Source: Clostridia bacterium (GTDB taxonomy: Bacteria; Bacillota; Clostridia; Christensenellales; CAG-917). Taken from it: a stretch of 36,804 bases of DNA. Below the pieces are notes generated by a model. That model saw nothing but the letters and a program-made list of their open reading frames with translations, made no database searches and was not told the origin of the DNA. The position numbers and the translations under genes are program-made. The stretch lies in NCBI GenBank assembly GCA_017500745.1, contig JAFVYE010000067.1:1-36804 (forward strand), read 5' to 3'. Of the stretch, positions 1 to 8,645 are shown piece by piece; within the stretch, counting starts at the first letter, position 1, and each line of letters begins with the position of its first letter.

Positions 1-100
1 ACTCGGACCCCCGTGTAATAGCGAACCTGTGAGCGTCCACTGCGGGAAGCAGTGTCGTACGGCGTTGCCGTGCACCATAGGTGCTGGGGTCCGTCACACC
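1..100. ncRNA. Unclassified structured RNA-like segment, truncated by the window edge
   Basis: An 8-bp helix, CGGACCCC (4-11) with GGGGTCCG (86-93), encloses three perfect hairpins: 38-54 CACTGC/GGGAA/GCAGTG, 59-71 ACGGC/GTT/GCCGT and 72-84 GCACC/ATA/GGTGC. There is no ORF. Positions 1-13 are identical to the T-arm segment of the neighbouring tRNA-Asn. Class and strand cannot be decided by eye. Confidence 0.3.
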
Positions 101-101
101 G

Positions 102-132
102 ACAAAACAAAAAGCACTCCTTGTGGAGTGCT
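102..132 (-). terminator. Intrinsic terminator downstream of tRNA-Asn
   Basis: Stem AGCACTCC (113-120), loop TTGT, stem GGAGTGCT (125-132). On the minus strand the hairpin is followed by TTTTTGTTTTG. Confidence 0.7.
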
Positions 133-135
133 TTA

Positions 136-211
136 TGGCGCCTGTTGAGGGACTCGGACCCCCGACACTGCGGTTAACAGCCGCATGCTCTACCGACTGA
201 GCTAAACAGGC
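136..211 (-). tRNA. tRNA-Asn (anticodon GTT), 76 nt with encoded CCA
   Basis: The reverse complement folds as a full cloverleaf: acceptor GCCTGTT/AACAGGC, D arm GCTC-AGTCGGTA-GAGC, anticodon arm TGCGG-CTGTTAA-CCGCA, variable GTGTC, T arm GGGGG-TCCGAGT-CCCTC, discriminator G, CCA. Confidence 0.9.
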
Positions 212-342
212 ATAAAATTTGTTTTGACTGACGTTTTCAAAACATCATTTGTGCTGAATGCTTGTTTATAATAATCTTATTATGCCCATTTGTCAACTGT
301 TTTTCAAAAACTTAATCAAATGGAAAAGATTTTGCTGGCATA

Positions 343-371
343 TTGAAACTTTGCGGTTGGTATTGTATAAT
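343..371 (+). promoter_or_regulatory. Sigma-A type promoter of the GNAT gene
   Basis: TTGAAA (343-348), 17-nt spacer, TG-extended TATAAT (366-371). SD AAGGTGGA at 378-385 lies ahead of the ATG at 388. Confidence 0.6.
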
Positions 372-387
372 CACAACAAGGTGGATT

Positions 388-939
388 ATGGAAATACGAA
401 AATATCAAGCAAAAGACAAAGAGAATTGCAGAAACGTGTGTCACAAAACAGCCACAGCACCAAAGTACGTCAACTCAAAACAACTTGTGTGCTTGCTTTA
501 CTGCGACTACTACGTGGACAAGGAACCAGACAATTGCTTTGTTGTGGCAGATGACAACGACAATGCCGTGGGATATATCCTTTGCGCAGAGGATCAAAAG
601 GCCTACGACAAGGGCGTGAAACCCTATCTTAAAGAGGCAAGAAAAATAGACTTTGTGGATGGTGTGATGCCCATCCTTGAAAGCATAGCTTTCAAAGGTC
701 TGTGCAAAAAATATCCCGCACACTTGCATATTGACATCTTGCCCGAAGGGCAAGGTCTTGGACACGGCTCAAAGCTCATAAAAGCCCTTGAAGAGCATCT
801 TAAAGCAAAGGGAATAAAAGGGGTTAGACTTGGCGTTGGAGGCGACAACACGGGCGCACATCGCTTCTATGAGCGCAACGGCTTCAAGCTGTTGAAAAAC
901 TTGGGCAATATGGGCAGAGTTTACGGCAAAGAGCTTTAA
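388..939 (+). CDS. GNAT-family N-acetyltransferase
   Basis: The ORF is trimmed to MEIRKYQ behind the SD. The C-terminal part carries an acetyl-CoA binding style motif (QGLGHGSKLIKALEEHLKAKG ... AHRFYERNGFK). Confidence 0.7.
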   Translation: MEIRKYQAKDKENCRNVCHKTATAPKYVNSKQLVCLLYCDYYVDKEPDNCFVVADDNDNAVGYILCAEDQKAYDKGVKPYLKEARKIDFVDGVMPILESIAFKGLCKKYPAHLHIDILPEGQGLGHGSKLIKALEEHLKAKGIKGVRLGVGGDNTGAHRFYERNGFKLLKNLGNMGRVYGKEL

Positions 940-964
940 CGCAACAAATCACCAACAACACAAA

Positions 965-990
965 AGCACTCCGCTTGGAGTGCTTTTTTT
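965..990 (+). terminator. Intrinsic, probably bidirectional terminator between the GNAT gene and mnmM
   Basis: AGCACTCC (965-972), loop GCTT, GGAGTGCT (977-984), then T6. An A-run on the other side allows minus-strand function. Confidence 0.7.
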
Positions 991-1537
991 AGAGCTTAAA
1001 TATAACCACAGGGATGGGCGGATCCTTCTTCCAATTGTGGAAATAGGTGACCAAAACCTGATAAAGCTTGTCATCCAAGGTTTTGAGCCAAGGAATGAGA
1101 GCATCCTTTTCCTCATATCCGCTGTCGCCACCATAATAGATGCTGACGCACATCACTCCTCCGCTCTTGAGAGCGTTGAGCCCCTTCATGATTGCTTCCT
1201 TGGTGGAATCAAAGTGAGTGTAGATGGAGTGATCGCCGTGAGGAAGATAGCCAAGGTTGAACACAACACAATCTGCCATGCCCTCCTCAACGTACTTGTC
1301 CATATTGGCGTGGCTGTCCAAGATGAGAGTTGCCCTTTTGCCTTCTTTGTCAAGAAGCTCCTTGGTGGAGTTGATTGCGCTCTCTTGTATGTCAAAAGCG
1401 ATGACCTTGCCCTCATCACCAACAACGTCACAAAGGAATGAGGTGTCGTAACCTCTGCCGGCTGTGGCGTCAATTGCCACTCCTCCTTTGCCAACGTATT
1501 TTTTGATCACTTCATGGACAATAAACAATGCGTTCAT
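989..1537 (-). CDS. mnmM: YtqB/MnmM-like SAM-dependent methyltransferase (tRNA mnm5s2U34 methyltransferase family)
   Basis: The translation has IDATAGRGYDT, VIAFDIQESA and VFNLGYLPHGD blocks, which I recognise from B. subtilis YtqB. The start is trimmed to MNALFIV, 4 nt after the upstream gene's stop. Confidence 0.75.
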   Translation of the reverse strand: MNALFIVHEVIKKYVGKGGVAIDATAGRGYDTSFLCDVVGDEGKVIAFDIQESAINSTKELLDKEGKRATLILDSHANMDKYVEEGMADCVVFNLGYLPHGDHSIYTHFDSTKEAIMKGLNALKSGGVMCVSIYYGGDSGYEEKDALIPWLKTLDDKLYQVLVTYFHNWKKDPPIPVVIFKL

Positions 1538-1541
1538 TTTT

Positions 1542-1826
1542 TTACTCCAAGTTTTTGAGTTCATCAAGCATCTTGTTCATCTTTTTCAATGCCCTAAAAT
1601 GAAGCACCGACACCGTGGTTCCAACGCCAATGCCAACTGCAAGGAGCACGGCACCAAGCACGTATCCCCCTATTGCAATGAGATATGCTCCAAGGGCTAT
1701 CATGGCAAGAGCTGCCAGCAACAACAATGCAGACATAATCCATTGCTTTTTGATGCGATCTTTGATGTTTAATTCAAGTTTTGCCTTGCGCTCGTATATG
1801 AGATTGTCAAATTCGTTTTGTTCCAT
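1542..1826 (-). CDS. Small membrane protein (two predicted TM helices), function unknown
   Basis: Charged N-terminus followed by a hydrophobic stretch, SALLLLAALAMIALGAYLIAIGGYVLGAVLLAVGIGVG. The ATG at 1826 lies behind GGAG; the track start at 1835 is GTG. Confidence 0.45.
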   Translation of the reverse strand: MEQNEFDNLIYERKAKLELNIKDRIKKQWIMSALLLLAALAMIALGAYLIAIGGYVLGAVLLAVGIGVGTTVSVLHFRALKKMNKMLDELKNLE

Positions 1827-1939
1827 ATTGCCCACTCCAGCCCCTTGTCAACTTTGATTGTTTTGCAAAAAGAGCTGTTTTATCAATTATTTTTGAGTTT
1901 TAAAGTTTGTTTTCTGTCAAAATTGGCAACAATGCCATT

Positions 1940-2146
1940 ATGAGAGAAATTGGTGATTCAATACTGCTAACAAAGGAGCGTGTGCGCTCACTCAAGGATG
2001 TTCCTGTGGTTGTAAAGGTGGTGTCCGGCCGTGGCAAAAACTGCCTTGTGTCTGGCAAAATCACTGCGGTGTTCCCCTCCGTGTTTACCTTGACAACGGA
2101 CGCCGGCGAGATGAAAACCTTTTCATATAGCGACGTCCACAGCTGA
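1940..2146 (+). CDS. veg: Veg-family small protein
   Basis: GRGKNCLVSGKITAVFPSVFTL...FSYSDV resembles B. subtilis Veg ([23 protein letters not shown]...SYSYADI). The start is trimmed to MREIGDS. Confidence 0.7.
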   Translation: MREIGDSILLTKERVRSLKDVPVVVKVVSGRGKNCLVSGKITAVFPSVFTLTTDAGEMKTFSYSDVHS

Positions 2147-2213
2147 GGCGTTTTGTTTTTGAACCCATCAAAAACGCCTTTGTGATGTTGCCATAAAAAC
2201 GGCAATTAATGAA

Positions 2214-2240
2214 AGTCCGTCTTGCGACGGACTCTTTTTT
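2214..2240 (+). terminator. Intrinsic terminator after veg, overlapping the stop codon of the convergent peptidase gene
   Basis: AGTCCGTC (2214-2221), loop TTGC, GACGGACT (2226-2233), then CTTTTTT. Confidence 0.7.
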
Positions 2241-4080
2241 ATGCCTTTTGTGCCCTTTTCTTTTTTGAAACGAGTACTGCCGTGACAACAGCACCTGCCA
2301 CCAAAAGTGCTCCTACCCCGGTCACGCTTGCCCAAATTTCTGTTCTGAAAAATGCAGATTTGACCGTGAGTGTAAACACGTTTTCAACCATGCGATAGTC
2401 GCCGTACTGTGCCGTGATGACGTACTCGCCTCCCTTTGAAGGAGCAAAGCTGAAGGTCTTGCCTGCCCCTGCGTATTGTCCGTTGACGTACCACTTTGTT
2501 TCAACAAAAGGATCAAGTCCCTCTCCGTTTGAAAGCACAAACGAGAGCCCCTCTCCCACAAAGATTGTGCCCTCTTTGTCAAAGTTGCTCTCAATAGGGG
2601 TGACCTGCACTATACCTGCCACCGTGTCGTATGCCACGTATTTCAAGGTGTAGCGGAACCCTTGTTCAATGACGGTTTCGCCATTTGAATAGCTTGCCTT
2701 TATGACGTACGTTCCCTTGACGTCAGGGGTGTATGACACGGTCTTTCCTCTGCCTATTTCGGTGGTTTGGCCATTATATTCCTCAACCTCTCCCGTTTCC
2801 TTTCCGTCTTGATCAACAATGGGTTTTGTGAGGATCTCCGTCCTTGTCCAAACAATTTGGCTTTCAAGAGCGGGATTTACGTTGCCATAAGGAGTGAGAT
2901 CTGCAGAGAACGTGATTGCTCCGTTTTGTCCACGATAAATCACGGCTCCGCTTGACAAGTTTTTGTCGTTGTTGACTGTGATGCCGGTGGGTTCAAGATA
3001 GGTTTCTGAAATGGGATTGTTGACGGCGTCATACCCCTCAAACTTGGGCAAAGTGTAGTTGCCGTAGTTGATGTGGTTTTTAGTGGATGAGGTTGCCACG
3101 TGTCTTGCAATGATTGTGCCGTTGACTCCGCTCCCTGCGGTTTGCTCACGGAGAGCAACCACAGCGCTTACAAATGAAACGAAAGCCGTTGCTGCGCTGG
3201 TGCCGTCAATGGTTGTATACGAGTCGGTTGCGCCCTTTGCCGCGTAAATGTCGTCCGCAGGGGCTGTGACGTCATAATTGCCAAAGTTGCTGTTTTGGGT
3301 TTTTGCTCCGTTTTTGCCGTAGCCCATGACAGACAACACTCCGTCAAGAGATGCAGGATAGCCGGCTTTTGTGGCAGATGCATAGCCATCGTTGCCTGCT
3401 GCAGACACAATAACCGTGTTTGATGAGGTTGTGAGGAAAAGCCCTTGATGCTGGGTGTAGTGACTGCTGTTGTAGCCACAGATTGCAATGTTGGCAACGT
3501 CAATGCCAATTGAATCTCTTGTTCTGACAATAAAATTAAGCGCTTCTGCCACAGAGGCATCGGGGAATGCAAGAGTGTCATCTCTTGACGCCATGATGGG
3601 ATAAATCTTGATGTAGTCTTGTAGGCCAACCTCGTAGATGAGCATGGCAATGATGCTTGCCACGGCTGTGCCGTGAGTGTTGGTGGTGGTGTCGGCCACC
3701 TCTGCAAGTTGGCTTTCGGTGGGGTTTTTGACGTCACTTTCGCTTGATGCCACAAATGCGTTGTAGCCCTGCACCTTTCCGTCAACCTTGTAAAGCGTGC
3801 CTGTCTTTTGAAAGACCTCGTGGGTGTGATTGAGCCCTGTGTCAATGACTCCAATGACAACGGGGTTTGCTTTGTCAGCTCCTGCCACCCATTTGGAGAT
3901 GGACTCCTTCATTGCGCCTACGTTGAGATGGTTGGCACCCAAATACCAAAAGGTGTCGCTGTCAGAAGTATCCTTGCTTCCATATTGGGTTGCAACTGCA
4001 ACAGAGCTTGGCAAAAATGCCGTGACCAATATGGCAAGGACCAATGCGATTGTTAGGACTGAAATGATGCTACGTTTCAT
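2239..4080 (-). CDS. Membrane-anchored subtilisin-like (S8) serine peptidase
   Basis: N-terminal signal peptide. The catalytic triad contexts are VIGVIDTGL (Asp), HGTAVASII (His) and GTSAATAFVS (Ser). Ig-like C-terminal region, then a TM helix plus KKKRAQKA tail. The ATG at 4080 is preferred over the TTG at 4086. Confidence 0.85.
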   Translation of the reverse strand: MKRSIISVLTIALVLAILVTAFLPSSVAVATQYGSKDTSDSDTFWYLGANHLNVGAMKESISKWVAGADKANPVVIGVIDTGLNHTHEVFQKTGTLYKVDGKVQGYNAFVASSESDVKNPTESQLAEVADTTTNTHGTAVASIIAMLIYEVGLQDYIKIYPIMASRDDTLAFPDASVAEALNFIVRTRDSIGIDVANIAICGYNSSHYTQHQGLFLTTSSNTVIVSAAGNDGYASATKAGYPASLDGVLSVMGYGKNGAKTQNSNFGNYDVTAPADDIYAAKGATDSYTTIDGTSAATAFVSFVSAVVALREQTAGSGVNGTIIARHVATSSTKNHINYGNYTLPKFEGYDAVNNPISETYLEPTGITVNNDKNLSSGAVIYRGQNGAITFSADLTPYGNVNPALESQIVWTRTEILTKPIVDQDGKETGEVEEYNGQTTEIGRGKTVSYTPDVKGTYVIKASYSNGETVIEQGFRYTLKYVAYDTVAGIVQVTPIESNFDKEGTIFVGEGLSFVLSNGEGLDPFVETKWYVNGQYAGAGKTFSFAPSKGGEYVITAQYGDYRMVENVFTLTVKSAFFRTEIWASVTGVGALLVAGAVVTAVLVSKKKRAQKA

Positions 4081-4094
4081 AATCAATTTGAAAA

Positions 4095-5540
4095 TTATTG
4101 GGCTTCTCTGTTGAGATAATCAATGCTGAAAGCAAGACGGCGCATGCTTTCTTCTTTGCCAAGCACCACTGCCATTTCAACAGCGCCACCGGGGGTTGAG
4201 GGCTGACCTGTGAGTGCCACACGGACGCTGAACATAACTTGTCCACCCTTCATGCCGCCCGCTTCCGCAGAGGATTTCATACACTCTTTGAGTGCGTCCT
4301 CGGTCCAGTCGTCAAGGTTGCTCATTGCATCAAAAGCAACTTTAAGTGCTTGTTTTGCCACATTAAAGTCCACTTTCATCTTTTGATGCACGTACATATT
4401 GATGTCGTACTCGTCAAAGTCAACCAAGAAGTCAATCTTGTCGGGGATGTCAGAAAGCACGTCCACACGGGTTTGCATAAGACGGCTGATCTCGTAATCG
4501 TTGAACTTGCCACCTGCCTTGCTCTTCATGATATAGGGCAAGGAAACGGTGTAAAACTCCTCGGGAGTCATTGCCTTCAAGTACTCTCCGTTGAGCCAGC
4601 GCATCTTGGCTTCATCAAAGATTGCGGGGCTCTTTGAAAGGCCGTCAACGTCAAATTGCTCCACCATCTCATCAATGGTCATCTTCTCTTGGTTGGACTT
4701 TGGACACCAGCCGAGGAGAGCGATATAGTTGACAATTGCTTCGGGCAAATATCCCTTGGCAACAAAGTCCTCAAAGTTGGCATCGCCATATCTCTTTGAA
4801 AGCTTGCGCTGTGCATCCTTCATTATGGTTGTAAGGTGGATGTAGGTGGGGCGCTCCCAGCCAAATGCGTCATAAATCAAGTTGTACTTGGGGGTTGATG
4901 ACAAATACTCTATGCCACGCATAACGTGAGTGATGCCCATGAGATGATCGTCAACAACGTTGGCAAAGTTGTAGGTGGGAAGTCCGTCACTCTTGAGGAG
5001 AACGCCGTCCTCTATGTCCTCGCTGGCAACAGAAATCTCGCCAAAGACCAAGTCTGTGTATGATGACACAACGCCCTCGGGCACTTTTTGACGAATGACG
5101 TAGGGCTCGCCTGCTGCAACTCTTGCCTTTGCCTCTTCAAGAGGAATGTTGCGACAATGCTTGTCGTAGGTGTGTAGCCCGTTGTCGTCAACAATTGATT
5201 GAAGTCTTTCCTTGTCGCAGAAACAGTAATATGCTCCGCCAAGTTCAACCAACTTTTCGGCATATTCCTTGTAAAGTCCCATACGCTCGGTTTGGACGTA
5301 AGGGCCATAGCCACCGTCCTTGTCGGGGCCTTCATCGTAGCTCATGCCTGCAATTTTGAGGGTGCGATAGATTGCTTCAACTGCGCCTTCCACCTTTCTT
5401 TCTTGATCGGTGTCCTCAATGCGAAGGATAAAGGTTCCATTGTGCTTTCTTGCATACAAGTAGGTGTAAAGACCTGTGCGAAGGTTGCCGATGTGCATAA
5501 AGCCCGTGGGGGAGGGTGCAAATCTTGTTCTAACTGTCAT
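4095..5540 (-). CDS. gltX: Glutamate--tRNA ligase
   Basis: RFAPSPTGFMHIGNLRT (HIGH motif), KLSKR (KMSKS motif), and a typical GluRS length of 481 aa. Confidence 0.95.
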   Translation of the reverse strand: MTVRTRFAPSPTGFMHIGNLRTGLYTYLYARKHNGTFILRIEDTDQERKVEGAVEAIYRTLKIAGMSYDEGPDKDGGYGPYVQTERMGLYKEYAEKLVELGGAYYCFCDKERLQSIVDDNGLHTYDKHCRNIPLEEAKARVAAGEPYVIRQKVPEGVVSSYTDLVFGEISVASEDIEDGVLLKSDGLPTYNFANVVDDHLMGITHVMRGIEYLSSTPKYNLIYDAFGWERPTYIHLTTIMKDAQRKLSKRYGDANFEDFVAKGYLPEAIVNYIALLGWCPKSNQEKMTIDEMVEQFDVDGLSKSPAIFDEAKMRWLNGEYLKAMTPEEFYTVSLPYIMKSKAGGKFNDYEISRLMQTRVDVLSDIPDKIDFLVDFDEYDINMYVHQKMKVDFNVAKQALKVAFDAMSNLDDWTEDALKECMKSSAEAGGMKGGQVMFSVRVALTGQPSTPGGAVEMAVVLGKEESMRRLAFSIDYLNREAQ

Positions 5541-5552
5541 AATATTTCCTTG

Positions 5553-6233
5553 TTATTTTTGAGGGAGAATCCCGTTCTCCTCAAAAGAGTAGTATTTGTT
5601 TTCGCTGAAAATGAAGTGGTCCTGAAGCTTGACTCCAATTCCACTCAAAAGATAATAGATTTCTGACGTCACGGCCACGTCTTGGCCAGAGGGTGCAATG
5701 TCTCCGCTGGGATGATTGTGAGCAAGCAACACTCCGCAGGCCTTTGTACGAATGGCAAAGTCAACCATATCACGAACGGACACTCTCACCCCTTGACCTG
5801 TGCCTCTTGACAGCTTTTCAATGCGGATGAAGTTGTCCTTGGCATCCACAGCCGCCATATACACCACCTCTACGTCCTTGCCATAAAGTTGAGCACGCAT
5901 AAAGTCACGGGCCACTCCTCTGCCCTTCAAGCTGGTCTTTTCCTTGTTGGACTCAACCGAGTACACACGTAAAACCTCTGGAAGTGAGTTCAAAAACAAC
6001 GCTGCATTTCTGGTCATGCCCTTTACGGTCAGAAGTCGGTCAACGTCCGTGGATAGCACGTCAGAAAAGGTGCCAAAGCTGTTGATGAGCTCGTGAGCGA
6101 TCTCGTTTGTGTCCTTGCGTGGAATAAAGGCAAAAAGCAAGTACTCCAAAATCTCGTGAGGTTGGAGGGATTCAATGCCTGCCGTGAGGATTTTTTCACG
6201 GAGTCTATCTCTATGTCCGTCGTGAGTTGCCAT
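5553..6233 (-). CDS. radC: RadC-family JAB-domain protein
   Basis: N-terminal HhH-like region and a C-terminal JAMM motif, LLAHNHPSGD. Confidence 0.9.
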   Translation of the reverse strand: MATHDGHRDRLREKILTAGIESLQPHEILEYLLFAFIPRKDTNEIAHELINSFGTFSDVLSTDVDRLLTVKGMTRNAALFLNSLPEVLRVYSVESNKEKTSLKGRGVARDFMRAQLYGKDVEVVYMAAVDAKDNFIRIEKLSRGTGQGVRVSVRDMVDFAIRTKACGVLLAHNHPSGDIAPSGQDVAVTSEIYYLLSGIGVKLQDHFIFSENKYYSFEENGILPQK

Positions 6234-6658
6234 TACTTTTTGGTGATCTCTGCGTATTCTGTGAAGATTGCCATATCGTTGCGCATAAGGCGGACAAGAA
6301 CTCTTATTGCGTCCTCGCCGTCAATAAAGCCGTAGGTTTTGCCGATAATTTTCCAGAGAGCGTAGCAGTTGAGAAAGTCGTACCAAAAGTATGACTCGTC
6401 TTGCAGTTGGAATATTTCAAGGAAGTTGAAAGACTCGTACTTGCTACTGCGCTTCAAGATTTCAATGAGAGTGTTGACTTCCTCATTGTTGTCATAACGC
6501 TCGTGGATGAATTTGAGCATATACTTTTTGACGTCCTTTGAAAAAGTGACAACTCCTTGTTGGGCATTGGCAATGTCCTTGATGATGGGAGCGATATCGG
6601 GGTCCTTTTCATATTTTTTGAGGACCTTTTGACATGGGTAAGAAAATGCTGTGGTCAT
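6233..6658 (-). CDS. Hypothetical protein translationally coupled to radC
   Basis: A 141-aa ORF from MTTAFSYPCQ. Its TAA stop overlaps the radC ATG as TAATG (6231-6235). I recognise no motif. Confidence 0.45.
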   Translation of the reverse strand: MTTAFSYPCQKVLKKYEKDPDIAPIIKDIANAQQGVVTFSKDVKKYMLKFIHERYDNNEEVNTLIEILKRSSKYESFNFLEIFQLQDESYFWYDFLNCYALWKIIGKTYGFIDGEDAIRVLVRLMRNDMAIFTEYAEITKK

Positions 6659-6667
6659 AATACAAAT

Positions 6668-6696
6668 ATTATAAGACAAAAATCGTTTTATTGCAA
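6668..6696 (-). promoter_or_regulatory. Sigma-A promoter of the hypothetical-radC-gltX unit, near-leaderless geometry
   Basis: On the minus strand: TTGCAA (6696-6691), 17 nt, TATAAT (6673-6668), then 9 nt to the ATG at 6658. No SD. Confidence 0.55.
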
Positions 6697-6721
6697 TATA
6701 AAAGTGCGCATGTGTGCGCAC
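6697..6721 (-). terminator. Intrinsic terminator after the GH13 gene
   Basis: GTGCGCA (6704-6710), loop, TGCGCAC (6715-6721). The minus strand reads hairpin then TTTTATAT. Confidence 0.65.
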
Positions 6722-6828
6722 CTTGTGAAAATTTGCTTGCAAATTTTTTGCTTTCCTTGATTAAAACCCTTTCTAACCTGTGCTGACAACTTGTGTTGTC
6801 TACGCAAATCGTGCATCTAACCGTATGT

Positions 6829-8574
6829 TTACAACTCAAGCACCGCTTGTCCGTTGACGTAAAGAGTTGTGCGCTTGTGTGCAACTGAAAGACGCATTTG
6901 TCCGCTTGCGCCTTGTCTTACAAGGTCAAATCCCTCATTGGACAGGTTTTCAAAGTGGGTTTCGCCCTTCAACAAATCCTTGTACTTGGCTCGCAGTTCG
7001 CCAAGCTTTTGATAGTGTTTGATGAGGTCAAGATCCTCTCTGCCCCAAGGATATGTGCCACGATTGAGAGGATCCTCATAGCCGTATGCGCCTGCTTCAT
7101 CGCCATAGTAAAGACAGGGAACTCCCGGGAGAACATATTGAAGGACAGATGCCACTTTCAATCGTGTTTTTGCCACGTTGTACGCCTCTTCGCCAAGAAT
7201 GCTGTCCGCCCTCTCTGCCTTTTTGTGCGGAGTGGGAACTCCAGACAGCACCGTGAGGATGCGTGTTGTATCGTGAGATCCAACCAATGTCATACAGCTG
7301 TCCAAACTCTCTTTTGGGTAGTTTTCCATAATTCTTGTGACAGCCCCAACAAACTCATAGGTATTGCCTGAGAACACGTATGAAATGATGCTTTCCTTGA
7401 AAGGATAGTTCATGACGCCGTCAAGTTGCTCGCCCATGAAGTATGGACGCCACTCACTATATGCAACCTTGGTTGATGCGTCCTCCCACACCTCGCCAAT
7501 GATAGTGCAATCAGGATTGACGGATTTTATTTTTTTGCAGAGGTCTGTGGTGAAGTCAATGGGGAGCTCATCAACAACGTCAAGACGCCAGCCCTTGACA
7601 CCCATCTTCGTCCATTTTTCAATTACTCCGTTTTCCCCAAAAATGAGGTCACGATAGCCCTGTGCAGATTTGTTGACCGTGGGCACAACCTTTGACCCCC
7701 ACCAACAACCATAGTCCTCTGGAAACTTGTCAAAATAGTACCAATTGTAATAGGGGGACTGCTTGCTTTGATATGCTCCAAGGGAGGGGTAATTGCCCTG
7801 TTTGTTGAAGTATATGCTGTCAGAGCCGGTGTGATTGAACACTCCGTCAAGGATGATGCCGATGCCCATTTCATCTGCCTTTTGTATGAGATTGCCAAAG
7901 GCCTCGTCATCTCCAAAGAGCGAGTCAATTTTGAGATAGTCACCGGTGTCATAGCGGTGGTTTGAACTGGACTCAAATATGGGGCAAAAATAGATTGCTG
8001 TGACCCCAAGGGATTTGAGATAGTCAAGCTTTGACACAACCCCTTCAACGTTGCCACCAAAAAAGTCGTCTGCCCTGTAATCCACCCCCTCTGAAGCAAA
8101 GTCCGGACGCTCATGCCAATTGGTGTGCAGGCGTCCTCTCTTTGAAAAGACACGCTCTGCGCCCTTGCAGAATCTGTCGGGGAAGATTTGATAGATGACC
8201 CCTTGTTTTAACCAATCAGGAGTTTTATAGTCCACTTTTGACACGGTCAACTGCCATTCTGGGAGCCAATCCCCTTTGATAGCGCTTCCGTCAACGTCTC
8301 TGCCAAAAAATGCAAAAGTGCCGTCAACGTACTCTCCTTCAAAGCGATAGCGCCATATCCCGCTTTGACCAAGGGCAAATTTGCAGACAAAGAAATCCTC
8401 AGTTTGAGTGCTGTGGTCAAGGGGCATTTCATAGCGGATGCTCTCCTTGTCTTTGCGCAAAACCACAAACATCCTCTTGATGCCAACAGACTTTTCAAGA
8501 GGAAAAACTATGGTGGTTTCTTTGTCTACGGCGGTGGCGCCATAGGGTTTTTTGTGGATTAAAGGATTGTACAT
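6829..8574 (-). CDS. GH13 alpha-glycosidase (neopullulanase/maltogenic-amylase-like)
   Basis: GH13 conserved regions are present: DGVFNHTG, GWRLDVVDEL, IIGEVWED, VGSHDTTR. An N-terminal Ig-like domain precedes them. The ATG at 8574 is preferred over the TTG at 8604. Confidence 0.85.
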   Translation of the reverse strand: MYNPLIHKKPYGATAVDKETTIVFPLEKSVGIKRMFVVLRKDKESIRYEMPLDHSTQTEDFFVCKFALGQSGIWRYRFEGEYVDGTFAFFGRDVDGSAIKGDWLPEWQLTVSKVDYKTPDWLKQGVIYQIFPDRFCKGAERVFSKRGRLHTNWHERPDFASEGVDYRADDFFGGNVEGVVSKLDYLKSLGVTAIYFCPIFESSSNHRYDTGDYLKIDSLFGDDEAFGNLIQKADEMGIGIILDGVFNHTGSDSIYFNKQGNYPSLGAYQSKQSPYYNWYYFDKFPEDYGCWWGSKVVPTVNKSAQGYRDLIFGENGVIEKWTKMGVKGWRLDVVDELPIDFTTDLCKKIKSVNPDCTIIGEVWEDASTKVAYSEWRPYFMGEQLDGVMNYPFKESIISYVFSGNTYEFVGAVTRIMENYPKESLDSCMTLVGSHDTTRILTVLSGVPTPHKKAERADSILGEEAYNVAKTRLKVASVLQYVLPGVPCLYYGDEAGAYGYEDPLNRGTYPWGREDLDLIKHYQKLGELRAKYKDLLKGETHFENLSNEGFDLVRQGASGQMRLSVAHKRTTLYVNGQAVLEL

Positions 8575-8590
8575 TTTTATTGTTTTAGTG

Positions 8591-8617
8591 CAAAAGCAAG
8601 CCAAAATGACTTGCTTT
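8591..8617 (-). terminator. Terminator-like hairpin after glgP
   Basis: The minus strand reads AGCAAG, loop, CTTGCT, followed by TTTTG. It sits only about 15 nt before the GH13 start. Confidence 0.5.
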
Positions 8618-8645
8618 CATTGTGCATTTTGATTGTTCTTGTGGC

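Noticed and set aside
1-100. Reading the edge segment as a second tRNA, tmRNA 3' end, SRP RNA or RNase P fragment.
   Set aside because: No cloverleaf can be built upstream of the T-arm-like 13-mer. A tmRNA or RNase P RNA would need 250-350 nt that are occupied by tRNA-Asn and its terminator. The GGAAGCAG-like word and the YAACG-loop hairpin are only partial resemblances to SRP helix 8 and RNase P P9. It is left unclassified.
1940-2146. Veg appears about 8-10 aa shorter at the C-terminus than the homologues I remember (it ends SYSDVHS).
   Set aside because: No alternative frame downstream gives a Veg-like continuation, and a terminator follows directly. This is probably natural length variation.
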